A stretch of 64,000 nt of DNA from Lytechinus pictus (Eukaryota): assembly GCF_037042905.1 (NCBI RefSeq), contig NC_087251.1:1-64000 (forward strand). The letters are read 5' to 3'. Position 1 is the first letter of the stretch; each line of letters opens with the position of its first letter. The notes under the pieces are model-generated. The model ran no database searches. It saw only the letters and a program-made list of their open reading frames with translations, and was not told the DNA's origin. The translations under genes were made by a program, and so were the position numbers. Below, piece after piece: positions 15,025 through 27,012 of the stretch.

Positions 15025-15034
15025 CCCTAACCCT
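14921..15034 (-). repeat. Interstitial telomeric tract, ~19 CCCTAA units, same polarity as the terminal array
   Basis: Direct reading; one CCCTAT and one CCCTAAA variant. Confidence 0.97.
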
Positions 15035-15145
15035 TACAAAAACGTAAAAATTACCATATTTTTTGCATGGTGAGCACTTTCCCCTTTTGGCTAATGAAGC
15101 CCCAACCCTTCCCCCACTTTGAAAACTGTTCAGCGGCTGCTGAAC

Positions 15146-17709
15146 TTGTTCCATGACAATTGCTCCGGCGACAATTGCTCCGGACAGTTGCTCCGCCGAC
15201 AGTTGCTCCGTCGACACTTGCTCCGCCGATATTTGCTCCGTCGACACTTGCTCCGCCAATATTTGCTCCGTCGACATCTGCTCCGCCGATATTTGCTCCG
15301 CCGATAATTGCTCCGCCGATATCTGCTCCGATTATACGACAATTGCTCCGCGACAATTGCTTCACCTTCAATTGCTCCGCCGTCATGTGCTTAGATAACA
15401 AAATTGCACGAACATCTTACAAATTGTTTTGTTCTTATTATTTATTAATTTATTTCATCCCCCCCCCCCCCCATCATCACAGCTTTCTGCTTAAAAAAAC
15501 AAATTGTTCTCCCTGCCGCTGACACTTGGCAAATTGTGAATCTGGATTTTTGTTCATATATTATTATCATTGGTTTCACTCCGGTTTTGAGCTGGGAGAG
15601 AATGTGGGTGGGGGGGTGCAGGAAACAATAACTCTTCTGCTTTCCAGCAACTTATACACCATACATTCGCGCGGGCTTCCCTCTCCTCTCTCTCCCCCTT
15701 TCTCGTTTTGTTCTTTCACGCCATTTATTTTCATTATCAGCATTTTAATTTTTATCGATATTTTTTACTACGTCTTGGGCCTTATCTACCCTTAAACCTT
15801 TTTTCTTTTAATTTGTTTCAATGATCATCACTGGCGTACAGATGGGCGAGGGGCGTGCTAGGGGTCACGGATCCCCCCCATTCTCCCAACCAATGGGAAA
15901 AAAAAGAATAAAGGAAAGGAAAATAAATGTCATCCTTGTCTGGCCCCCTCCATTTTTTTGTTGGCTCATTACGCTACTGGTGAGTCACTATAAAATTAGA
16001 GTTCGGTTGTATTTTGTTCTATTCTGTGCAATAGCAACAATATAAATATATTTTTGATAAATGAATATAATGTATGTATCTCTCTCATAACGTCTAAACA
16101 AATAATGTTGTTTTTAAAAGACAATAACATATATACCAGTAATATATAAAAACAACATTATTTGTTTAGACGTTATGAGAGAGATACATACATATATTCA
16201 TTTATTAAAATATATTAATATTGTGGCAAATATTATTATATGGCTTTTCTGGTAAATATATCCAAAATATTCAATTAGCGCATCACGCTCTCATTTCTTT
16301 TACGAGATATCCCCCAAGGTATGCTTCATTTTTACAATTAAAAAAAAATGCGTATAAATAGAAAGGGGACATTTATACGCATTTTTTTTATATTGTAAAC
16401 ATGAAGCATATCTCGGGGGGAGATCTCGTAAAAGAAATGAGAGTGCGATGCGCTAATTGAATATTTTAATTATCCTTTTTCTATCAGTGAAGAATACAAT
16501 CATGATCAACATAAAACACAAAAGCAACTCACTATTATATACAGTGCATCCCACAAAAAACGAAACCGAGATTTATCGATGATTTATCATAACTTAATCA
16601 CAATTACAATAGACAAATGACCTACCATTGTAAAGCTTAGAATCTCCTCTTTCATCTGAAACTACTGAGATTATTTCTCATTCACGCATGAGTGAGTAAA
16701 ATCAATTTGAAGAGGGGATACCAAAATGTCACTTGGCGGGCTGTATCTGGGTTTCAAAAAGAAAACCACAATTTTAAAAATTTCAATATCTGCTCTTTAA
16801 TTTGATACCTCAATTACAGAGAATAGTCAAGAAATAACAAAGTTCTGGCTATTTGAAATAAGGCTTGAATTTCAATAAATTCATATAATGAAGAGGTTTT
16901 ACAAGCTAGCGTTCAAACTCACTCGACACTCCGTTTTGTTGACGGTCAGCCATGCATTAAGCCTTTTGTTAACCGTGCGATAGTTTCTGTGGGAAACCGG
17001 TGAAAACACGTTTTTAGGCAATATTTGAAATCAGTGCCTAAAAATACCCCTATATGCCAAATTTCAGTGTCACATGCCATGTAAAACTAAAAAAAATGAC
17101 ATTTAATGATTTTTCATGGCGGCCATCTTGGATTTCAAAATGGCGGCCGATGGTCAAATCGCTTGGGGCCGGCAATTTTTTAAATCAGCGCCCTAAAATA
17201 CCCCTGTATACCAAATTTCACACTTTCTGCCAGATCCGAGCATCTTGGCCATTTTTTGTCACATAACCGCTCCACTAATATACAAATTTGTAAATTGACG
17301 TCTTCAGCCTGTGCTCTAATTGTTATGCGCATGAAAGTACGAATAAATAAATAAATAGTCGTCGCATTATCGGAGCAATGTACGGCGGAGCAGATGTCGG
17401 CGGAGCAAATATTGATTTTGGCGGAGCAGATATCGGCGGAGCAATTTTCCGTGGAGCAGATGTCGGCGGAGCAGATGTCGGTGGGGCAAATATCGGCGGA
17501 GCAATTGTCGTATAATCGGAGCAGATGTCGGCGGAGCAATTTTCGGCGGAGCAAGTGTCGACGGAGCAAATATCGGCGGAGCAAGTGTCGACGGAGCACC
17601 TGTAGGCGGAGCAACTGTCCGGAGCAATTGTCGGCGGAGCACTTGTCGTATTTTGCGTAGCAATTGTCGGCGGAGCAGATGTCGGCGGAGCAATTGTCGG
17701 GTCACCACC
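15146..17709 (+). mobile_element. Non-autonomous Mutator/Phantom-like foldback DNA transposon, ~2.56 kb
   Basis: Both ends are inverted arrays of ~15-nt GACA(A/C/G)TTGCTCCGCC units (15148-15380 and 17370-17706). 9-bp direct repeat GCTGAACTT at 15139-15147 and 17710-17718 (alternative register CTGCTGAAC/CCGCTGAAC). 9-bp TSDs are typical of MULEs. Confidence 0.8.
16542..17014 (+). mobile_element. Partial Tc1/mariner-type MITE end inside the MULE
   Basis: TA|CAGTGCATCCCACAAAAAAACGAAAC terminus resembles the TA|CAGTGCGTCCCAAAAAAA end at 55682. No partner TIR seen. Confidence 0.5.
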
Positions 17710-17818
17710 GCTGAACTTACGAACTTTTCGTTTCCCTGGATGTTAAATCTCTTGATATCCCCACTATACCAAAAGCACATGGAGACAATGGAATATTGCT
17801 TGTCCTTATCGTGCTATA

Positions 17819-18734
17819 CAGAGTGAGTCAGAAAAAATGTCCCACTTTTGTAAAGTTGAATTGTTTAAAATATGAATATTTAATCATTAGTTTCATGATA
17901 TGTCTTGATAGAGGTATCCTCCCAGTACATTCAGGTACCTTTTTCATTTGATCCCCTGCACGCATGACTGAACAGCGGACAATCTTTAGAAGACTGTCAG
18001 ATCTCACTTGCGCCAAGTTACAGGGTGGGGAATAAAACATTCTTTTGAACAAAGACAGTCCGACAGACTGAAACACACACACACACACAAACACACACAC
18101 GTACGCACACACAAACACATGCACACGCACTGGCAGCTGCCAAATCAGGCAAGCCCTTTTATAGGCAAGTGCAAAAAAAGCACAGACATCCATTGTAAAT
18201 TTTAATTGTTAACCAACAAAAGACATAACCAGCATATTGGATTTATGTGCACTTGATAGTGATGATGAAGATCAAGATCAAGATCAAGATGATGACAATG
18301 AGGATGATGATGATGATATGATGGCGGTAGTGAATGTGTTTTAAGGGGAAAGATTGTCGGGAATTGCCACTTAAACATTCAGCGATCTTGCTAAAAATCA
18401 ATGCTTAATCAGAAAAGAGAAAATTATGAACCAGTTATTACCATGTGTGTTGTGTGTGTTTGTGTGTGTGTGAGCATGCCAGTCTGTCTATCTGACTGTC
18501 GTTGTCTAAAGCACTGTTTTATTCATCACCCAGTAACTTGGCGCAAGTGAGATCTGACAGTCTTCTAAAGATTGTCCGATGTTCAGTCATGCGTGCACGG
18601 GATCAAATGAAAATGGTACCTGAATGTACTTGGAGGATACCTCTATCAAGACATATCATGAAACTAATGATTAAATATTCATATTTTAAACAATTCAACT
18701 TTACAAACGTGGGACATTTTTCTGACTCACTCTG
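17819..18734. mobile_element. Tc1/mariner-type MITE, 916 bp
   Basis: ~250-bp TIRs (CAGAGTGAGTCAGAAAAAATGTCCCAC...GTGGGACATTTTTCTGACTCACTCTG) flanked by TA on both sides. Confidence 0.92.
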
Positions 18735-18944
18735 TATAATGAAGGAATTCCCATTGTGTATTTATCTCTTCACCCAAATACAGACCTTGTAGTTTTACCC
18801 TTAAGCTTTTTGGTTCGTTATTGGAATAATCATCAGATTCTGGGCTGCTTAAAGGATCCCCTTGGATCAAGTAAGCTTGTATTAAAACAGAAAAATCGGA
18901 TAATAAGATCATTGAACGTTTGGGAACAATTGGACAAATATTAA

Positions 18945-19396
18945 AGGCCAAGTCAACTCCAACAAAAAGTTGCTTTGAATACAAAGAGAAATATCACACA
19001 TGCATAACACAGAAAATTTCATCAAAATCGGGTGTAAAATAAGAAAGATATGATATTTTAAAGTTTCACTTAATATCACAAAACATCCTGGTCGGTATGC
19101 AAATGAGGGGACTGATGACATCAACCGCTCACTATTTCTTTGTAATTTATTCTATGAATTATGAAATATTTCCATTTTCTCCTCATTGTCATAAGAAACA
19201 AAGTTTTATTCCGTCCTGATCATGTGGAATTACCATTGTTTTAACAATTGTGGTTCGACCAAGAGGGTACTAGTGTCAAATTTGTGAAAATTGAAATATT
19301 GTATAATTGAAACAATAAAAACAAAAAATATGGTGAGTGAGTGACATCATTAACTCGCTCATTTGCATATCATTGAGTTGTGCATATAACTGTTTT
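18945..19396 (+). mobile_element. Truncated Kolobok-like non-autonomous element
   Basis: TTAA|AGGCCAAGTCAACTCC start, AAATTTCATCAAAATCGG motif and internal ATGCAAAT/TGACATCA inverted motifs. Only one terminus visible; it abuts the LINE RT. Confidence 0.5.
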
Positions 19397-22060
19397 ACAA
19401 GATGTGTGTTGTTTAAAAATACAGGTCCGGGTAAATTAGCGATCGTATTGCTGAATAAGATATAATTTGATTTATTGATATTTAGAGACAATTTATTGGA
19501 AAGTATCCAGTTAAGAAGAAAAATCAGTTCATGATTTAGTGTTTGTAAGAGAGTTTGAGGATTTTTGTGAGAGATAAATATATTGGAGTCGTCTGCAAAC
19601 AGAAGGAATGAAAGAATATTAGAACACACTTTTGAAAGTCATTAATGTAAATGAGAAATAATAAAGGGCCTAGTAAAGACCCCTGTGGCACTCCGCATGT
19701 AATAAGTTTTTTATGAGATTATTTATTGTTAATACATACAAACTGCTGACGGTTAGATAGATAACTTCTGAACCACTTTCCACGTATTCCATAATGTGAT
19801 AATTTGAAAATAAGAATGTCATGATTAATTGTATCAAAGGCCTTGGAGAAGTCCAGAAATAAACCAACAGTATGAGAAAAGGCGTCTATTGATGTAGCTA
19901 TTTTATCTATAAACATTAATAATGCATGGGTAGTTGAATGTTTCTTTCTAAAACCAAATTGAACCTTCGATAAAATATTATATTTATTTAGAAAATTAAC
20001 AGTGCGGGAGTATATTATTTTTTCGAGAATTTTGGAAAAAGAGCATAAGAGCGAAATGGGACGATAATTTCCAATATCATGTTTATTACCTTTCTTATGT
20101 ATCGGTATGACCTTTGATATTTTCATTTTTTCTGGTACTACCCCAGTTATTAAAGATAAGTTGAGTGAATAAGTTAGCGGTTGTACTATTTCATTTATAG
20201 TCTTCTTCAAAAGAAAATTCGTAATATTATCATACCCAGAGCTTTTTTTAGTTTTCAAATCTTTAACAATGATCATAATTTCACGAGAAGTAATGGGAGT
20301 AAAAAATATAGATTGACCGTTCGGTTCTTTTAAAAACGATCGAAAATCAACATCGGAATTTGGAATGTCGCGGGCAAGATTTGGGCCAATATTTATGAAA
20401 TAATAATTAAATGTTTCAGCAATCAACATTGGATTTCTATTTTCGGAGCTGTTGATCATAATTGTAGAAATAGATGGTGATTTTGTTTTTTTATTTAGAA
20501 AATTGTTTATCACCTTCCACGTACTTGAGACATCATATTTGTTTTCTTCAAATGGTCTAGAAAAATAATTCTTTTTAGCGGTCCGAAGTAAAGTAGTAAG
20601 GGTATTACGATATGAAGAGTATCGACGTTTACTTTGATCTGATTTAATTTTTTTGTGCTTATAAAAGAGACGATTTTTCCGGTTAATACAACGAAGAAGA
20701 GCCGTAGTGATCCAGGGAGATCTCGGAGTTTTTTTGTAGTTCCGAGATGAAGACTTCAAAGGAATGTTGGTATTATACAAATTAAGAAACCTGTTAACAA
20801 AAATATTATATGCTTCATTAGGGTCGGAATTTGTGTACACCTGAGACCAGTCGGCTTGTGCTAATCATTCTCTAAATTTGTATAAATTGTGTTCAGAAAA
20901 GTTACGGGTCATAGACCTGGAGCAGTCTATGATATGTTCGGGGGTTGGGGAAAAAGTTAATACGGGGAAGTGATCAGACATATCACTGATAATAATTCCG
21001 GAACTTAAGCATTGATCAACATTTGTAAAAATGTTATCTATAAGGGTTGAAGATACATCAGATATTCGAGTGGGTTTGTTAATTAAAGGTAAAAACGATT
21101 TCGAAAGCATTATATCATAAAATTGTTGACATACATTACACGAGTTACATTTCAAGAGATCTAAATTAAAATTTCCCATAATAAAGCATACTTTATTTTC
21201 TAGAGTTGGTGCAGATAAAAGGCCCTCAAGTAATTCAAAAAAATCAAGAGGATTTGCTTGAGGTGGTTTATAAATTTCCCCGATGACAATATTTTTCCCT
21301 CTTGGGACAATAATTTCAACAAAAACAGTTTCAGCAAGGTTTGACATTTGATTTAATTCCTCTAAAGACTTCGTTTGAAACTGGTTTAAGACGTACAATC
21401 CCACCTCCACCGGTTTTGTTTTTTCGATTATTCCCAAAATATATATACCTATCTAAAAGATGTAATGGATAATTTCCATCAGTCAGCCAGGTTTCGCATA
21501 ACCCAATAACAGAGATATCAAAAGATAATTTGTCAAGAAATTATTTGAAATTGTCCACATTTTTTTAGAGGCTTCTAATATTAAAATGGAAGAAAGACAT
21601 ATCTTTTTTAAGGGCGGAAGATTCTTTAACAAATTCATTTTCAGTCAGGTATTTAGATTCAGATATTGGTGACAAAAGGTCGTTAGGATCGATTGTTACG
21701 GAAAGAGATTGCATTTCACGATTTAGCTGTTCAGAAATACTTTCTTCAAAATTATCTGCACCATCTCAGTGACTAGGAAGAAACTGTGGTTGTGAATTGT
21801 TAAACAAGGAAGTAAATTCATTCTCATCTAAAGAATGCATTGGGAAAACATCCATACTCATCGGCATAGCACAAAGATTCGGAAGAATGCAAAGGTAAAT
21901 GCGTACATAGCAGAGACTGTAAATGTTATCTTTAGTAGAACATTGCAATTGATCAAAATAACAGACGTATATCGATATATGAATCCATTGTAACAAAAGG
22001 AACATCTGGAAAATTTAGGCCTATTACATAATGTTACGGAATGTCTACACGGCTCCTGCA
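19397..22060 (-). mobile_element. Degraded CR1/L2-group LINE ORF2 (APE endonuclease + reverse transcriptase)
   Basis: APE motifs (IYKPP, MGNFNLDL, PTRI..STLIDNIF, SDHFPV) in ORF 20865-21437. RT motifs (YRPISLL, QFGFR, FLDFSKAFDTINH) in 19719-20840 and LFADD near 19590. Frameshifted; 3' end cut at ~19397. Confidence 0.93.
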
Positions 22061-23663
22061 TAATGTACCAAAGTTTAAAGCATTCTGAATGATATGCTCC
22101 TGTATACAAAGACAAGTAAGAGTTGAAGGCAATAGTTACCACCAAAAAGTAAAATACAAACATGTAAAGCAATGTCCCTGAAAGACACAATAAAAAGCTG
22201 ATGAATAAAACATCACTGTTTGCCAGTATCATTGCCATTGTGTTCTTTATGCCACCGTTAAAATGATTCGATAGAAAAGGTCTAAGCTTTTTTATTTTTT
22301 AAATAAGGTGTACAGAAAAAAGGTCACAAAACTCGCAATATACAAACTGGGCATATTTATATGCAAGCGATAATAATTACAGCTTGTTTAATGTACGTAG
22401 GCAGAAAAAAAAGAGCATTACGAAAATAACTCAGATAACATAGGACGATGATAGATACATAAAATATGCTAAAGGATAAAACTTTTAAGCTATCCCTTTT
22501 TTCAATCCAACACATCTTCAAAACATTATCTTTCTTCAATTTTAAGCATCTTTTAATGAAAAAAAAATAAGCAAAACATATTCGTAGGCTGATTTGACAA
22601 ATGTTGAATGCAAAAAATGCAATATTTTTTTTTTTATTCTCGATCTCCTTTTCTTTTATCATTCTTCATACAGAAGAAACATAATTTTACTCTTATTCTA
22701 TCACGCAAATCTTGCATAATTCATTTATATTTTAAGGATAAAATAAAAGGATTTTTATTTCGTTTCATTCAAGATGCGAGCATCAGTCAGCCAGCGACCA
22801 AATTAAAAAATCTATTTCCCAGATATTATGTACATATTAATATAAATGTGTCCATTTTCAGATTATTTTATTTTTTATTTTTCGTACAAAAAAAAATGAT
22901 ATACGTTTCTGTGTCCGATTATCAAAAAAGCTACATGCAAAGGGAAAATGCAATATAATGAAGAAACAAAAAACACATTAAAACGTGTTATGCTTCTGAA
23001 AACTGAGTGTGTATATATTCTTCAGTGAAATAAACCTAAAACAGTTTACTTTTTAACAAAGTTTCAAATTACATGAATTAGTTACTTTATTAACCTGTTT
23101 TTAGCAAGCAAATGTTATTAAGTGATATGAAATTCCAATTACGCAAGAAATATATCACTTGTTTTGCCTATATTATCAAGATCATTCTGTTCATCAAAAG
23201 AACCTTTTATTTTCTCCTCTTATTCATGAGTTATTTTTTTTTAAAGTTCATTTTCCATTCGGTTTTCCATGCTATAAACCACTGAATATTTTCATCTGCT
23301 CTATTTTGTATGAAAAAAGTAGAGATTTAAAAATCATATACAAGCATGCCTTTTCAGGTATCTATGATAAGTAGAGCATAATAAGGAGAAAGCTATAGTG
23401 CATTTGCAATATAATAAAACCAAGGCCATAGTTGTATCATCTAGCTTCCTGTATTTGAAAATGATAATTCAGATCTAGTCTTTATCTGCTCATTTTTATA
23501 TGACAAGATAGATTCATTGATATTTTTTTATCAAAAAGGAAAAAAATTGTTTTGTGCACGTGATTCACTTGCCAAAAAGTTCATCTCTAATTAGGCTTCC
23601 AAGCAGGTAAGCATCTTCATCTGCTTTTGTTGTTGTTGTTCTCTTTTAAACATCACACATTAC

Positions 23664-24041
23664 CTCTGCCGTTGCACATCTCGGGCAACCGTTGCCAAGG
23701 ACCCAATGTTGGCCCTTACATCATCCGTTGCATCGAGTAAATGGTTTCCGATCAGCTGCGTGGTAGGGCCAGAGTTTATATCTTGGGCGGCCCTTTTCAG
23801 CCCCTGCCTTACCTGCAGCACTGCGGGGTGAGACTGATCCGTCGGGTGATTATGGGCAACACGCCCCTGGGGGTTGCCATAAGCTGGTGGTCCATCTGTG
23901 GTTATTGCCCCACTACAATGGGAACTCCGCTGAAATTCGCACTGCCAGCGAATTTGTCCTGTTTGTAGGCTTCTTTTTTTACGTAAAGAAACCCTTCATG
24001 TCCGAGTTTGACCCCCCTCTGATGTTTTCGATTATTTTCAT
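23664..24041 (-). pseudogene. First exon of a FLYWCH-domain MULE (Phantom-like) transposase, absent from the ORF track
   Basis: Manual translation with +1 nt in a G6 run (~24012-24017) and an A7 run (~23974-23980): MKIIENIRGGxKLGHEGFLYVKKRSLQTGQIRWQCEFQRSSHCSGAITTDGPPAYGNPQGRVAHNHPTDQSHPAVLQVRQGLKRAAQDINSGPTTQLIGNHLLDATDDVRANIGSLATVARDVQRQR, then AG|GTAATG donor. W-x-C-x6-C...HNH matches the FLYWCH finger. Downstream DDE exons not found. Confidence 0.8.
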
Positions 24042-26350
24042 TGTGTATGTATATGGAAGGCCGATAGTGCCAAAAACGTGAACTACCATACGTATGCTCA
24101 AAAAAGAGTACGTGTTCTTTGTTAAGAGTACGTGTTCTCCGTTAAGAGTACGTGTGCTCTAATGGACCAATCAGCGAGCTCGATTTGGGTTTTATGCACG
24201 CGTATGCTTTTACCATACGTCAGCTTGTAGCATACGTATGGTATATACCATACGTATGGTTATTTAGCGAATAGCATACGTATGCGCAGACTTTGGGTGA
24301 AGTGTTTGTGACTGTCCAATCAGAATCTCCGTTATAGCAGATCCTGTGCCAAACTCACTGTAGTGAATGCACGTGGTCGTCCGTGTCTGCCACTGAACCA
24401 CTGAAATATACCTCTACGTAGTGGTATAGATCAGTGCGCTGAGCGATACCACTAGGTAGTGTGTGCTTGTGTGTAGGGGGTATATATAGGATGTGTCAGA
24501 ATTGATCCCCCCCCCCCAAGAAAAAAGAGTGTAGGTTGCAGGCTGGAACTTAGTGGAGGAAAGATTTTATGCAGACAATTTATGCCCTATTCACCTCAGT
24601 ACTCTTGAGGATACCTCGGTTGTTATACTGGATGAAAATTCACCGGATTTTTGTTGTTTCACAACACTACTCGAATTGTGATTGAATCTAACTATACCGG
24701 AAGTACCTAATAATTTAATGATAGCCTTCCGTTTCTCAATAGGATTAAGGTCTGTTTCTATATCAAAATACTGGAAAGTTGTTCTTCCATCAGTCCTAGG
24801 TCAGTTTGTAGTATGGTTTGGGGCTCGATCCACCCTGCATATGATGAAGACGGTGGTATATCATGCGCGTATTCTGGAGGGATGGGGGCTTTAGGCGTAT
24901 TGTCAAAAGTGTGTGTGCGTCTTTACCTTTATATTCTACGGCGAACCCGCTGAGCGTGCCATTGTCCATTTTTCTTTCCTACGGGTCAGTGCTCTTGCCA
25001 TTCAAGACGCCAGCGTGCCCTTTTGCAGCGAAAACGGAAGCGTCCGCTTTTATCTTTTCTTTTGACACCCCCCGGTTGGCTCTCCGAAGATATGTTTTTG
25101 CATGAGCGCCCTCTATGTCCACGATATCGGTGTTTTAGGCCCGATCTCTAGTCACTGATCTGAATATCGTTGTGTCCTTGTATCGGTGTGCCTAGTCCAG
25201 TGGGGTATATATTTTCCAAAGTTACGCTTTCACAATTTCTTTTGATAATTTTTCGTTTCGGGTTTCAGTATATGACAAAGTTCAATTAGATTTAGATTTC
25301 ATTTCTTTAATAGAACAATTAAGCTTTAGCCCTTTAGCACGAGCATTTTTTTTTTTTGAAGAATATACCGTTAAGATATTGACTTTCTAAAAGTAAGTGT
25401 TCAAGCGCGGGTGAGATTTTATTTTATCACACTGAGCCCACACAGTCAGCATTGTCGGGTGAAAAGGAAAAATATGGAGTTGTCCTTAACATCTTTGTAA
25501 ACGAAATGCAAAGCCCCTCACAAAAGATGCTATATAAATCATACCTGGGTCCAAAAATGATGGCATTTAAATTTATACATTGAAACGCTACTGTGACAAA
25601 AAAAAATAAATACATAAGATGCAAGCTTTTTTTTGTGTGTGGAAAAAAGATGAACACTAAGGGCATCGTTGAAATTCAGATTTGAGCTAAACATAGGCCT
25701 ATATCTAATTTAGCCGAAGTGCACATCAATTTTACTCTTATTATACATGTTTAAAAATTGCCATGTTAGAAACTCATATATTCACACATAATACAGATGC
25801 CGTGCAAAACAAACGAATAAAATATCATTAATTTGAATGTTAAATATCAAATTGGATGCTCAAGCAGTCATATCGGTCATTGTAGATTAAATGCACAATT
25901 CTTGAATTTCATTGCCCGAAATTCAGAACAAAAAGTACTTTCGTTACTTTGTAAGACCATTACAAACATCTTTACCTTCGAACGAAATCAAAAGCACTTA
26001 ACAAATAAATATTGAAATTATCAAAGTTGAGGTAGTCTTGACCGTGAATTGAGTTGAGTGTTAATAAAGGAATCATAGCGTCTTCTAATGAATCCATTCT
26101 AAACTTTGAATGACCGATGAAAAATATCGCGTGAATTAAAATGCAAATTAACACATTTAAGTGACTCCGACATGATATCGAACAGGAAAACCAATATTAT
26201 CTTTTTACCTGGGATCCGTCTTTATTCTCTTATATAAATTTCCCCTGTGATCTACTATATGACCTAGTGTTTTTTATTACCATCCTGGAGCCACAGAACC
26301 GAAGGGGGTCTGGGGCTGAGGCCTCCACAAGTACCATGATTTTATGCATG

Positions 26351-27012
26351 ATGTAGTGAATCCGGGGGGGGGGGTTATCCGGCCCGTGCGCCCCCCCCCC
26401 CCCCCTTGAGAGCCATTATCAATTTTGTTAATGTAAATATGCCATTTTTACACAAGACTAGTGTGCCCCCTTTGAAACTCACAGCATGTATTTTAATGAG
26501 AATATGTCGTTCATACACAAGTGAAGACCTTCACTTTAGCTTAGTAAACACCCCTTTTCCAAATATATTTGGTTATTAAAATGCACAGAGAGATGGTAGG
26601 CAAAGAATATAACTCGAATGTTCATATTAAGAGTCAACCTATCAAGAGGGAAGTTACATGGTTAATTACAAATGTGTTGATAAAATATCACTCGAACGTT
26701 ATGTTATAATCTGCTTCGCCAAACAGTTTTTATGTAATATTGCTCTTTATAAAGGCAAGTATTAAACTACATTAAATGTCGAAATGTTGATAAATATAAT
26801 GGAAGCCATATTAAAATGCACATTACGAAAAGAAACAAAATCAAGGTTCTAGAATGGGGACAAAAAGAGAACAAGAAAACTACCAATTTGATGCTCATTT
26901 TAATTCCCCGATAGCCGGACGTTGAAAATGACATGGGCCAGCGCATTGCAAGCTGTATTTAACGGCTTACCCCATTGTCAAGGTAGATTTAAATGACCCC
27001 ATTCTTGATTGG
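26351..27012 (+). repeat. ~660-bp direct repeat, copy 1
   Basis: Colinear with 29113-29777 (ATGTAGTGAATCCGGGG...CCCCATTCTTGATTGG), roughly 90% identical by eye. Confidence 0.9.

Noticed and set aside
15148..15380. CRISPR-like look of the GACAATTGCTCC arrays
   Set aside because: No unique spacers, eukaryotic context, and arranged as inverted transposon ends.
15002..17780. Repetitive ORFs (AEQ, APP, LLRR, CSAD repeats), also at 47628-48252
   Set aside because: Six-frame products of the 15-nt foldback TIR arrays.
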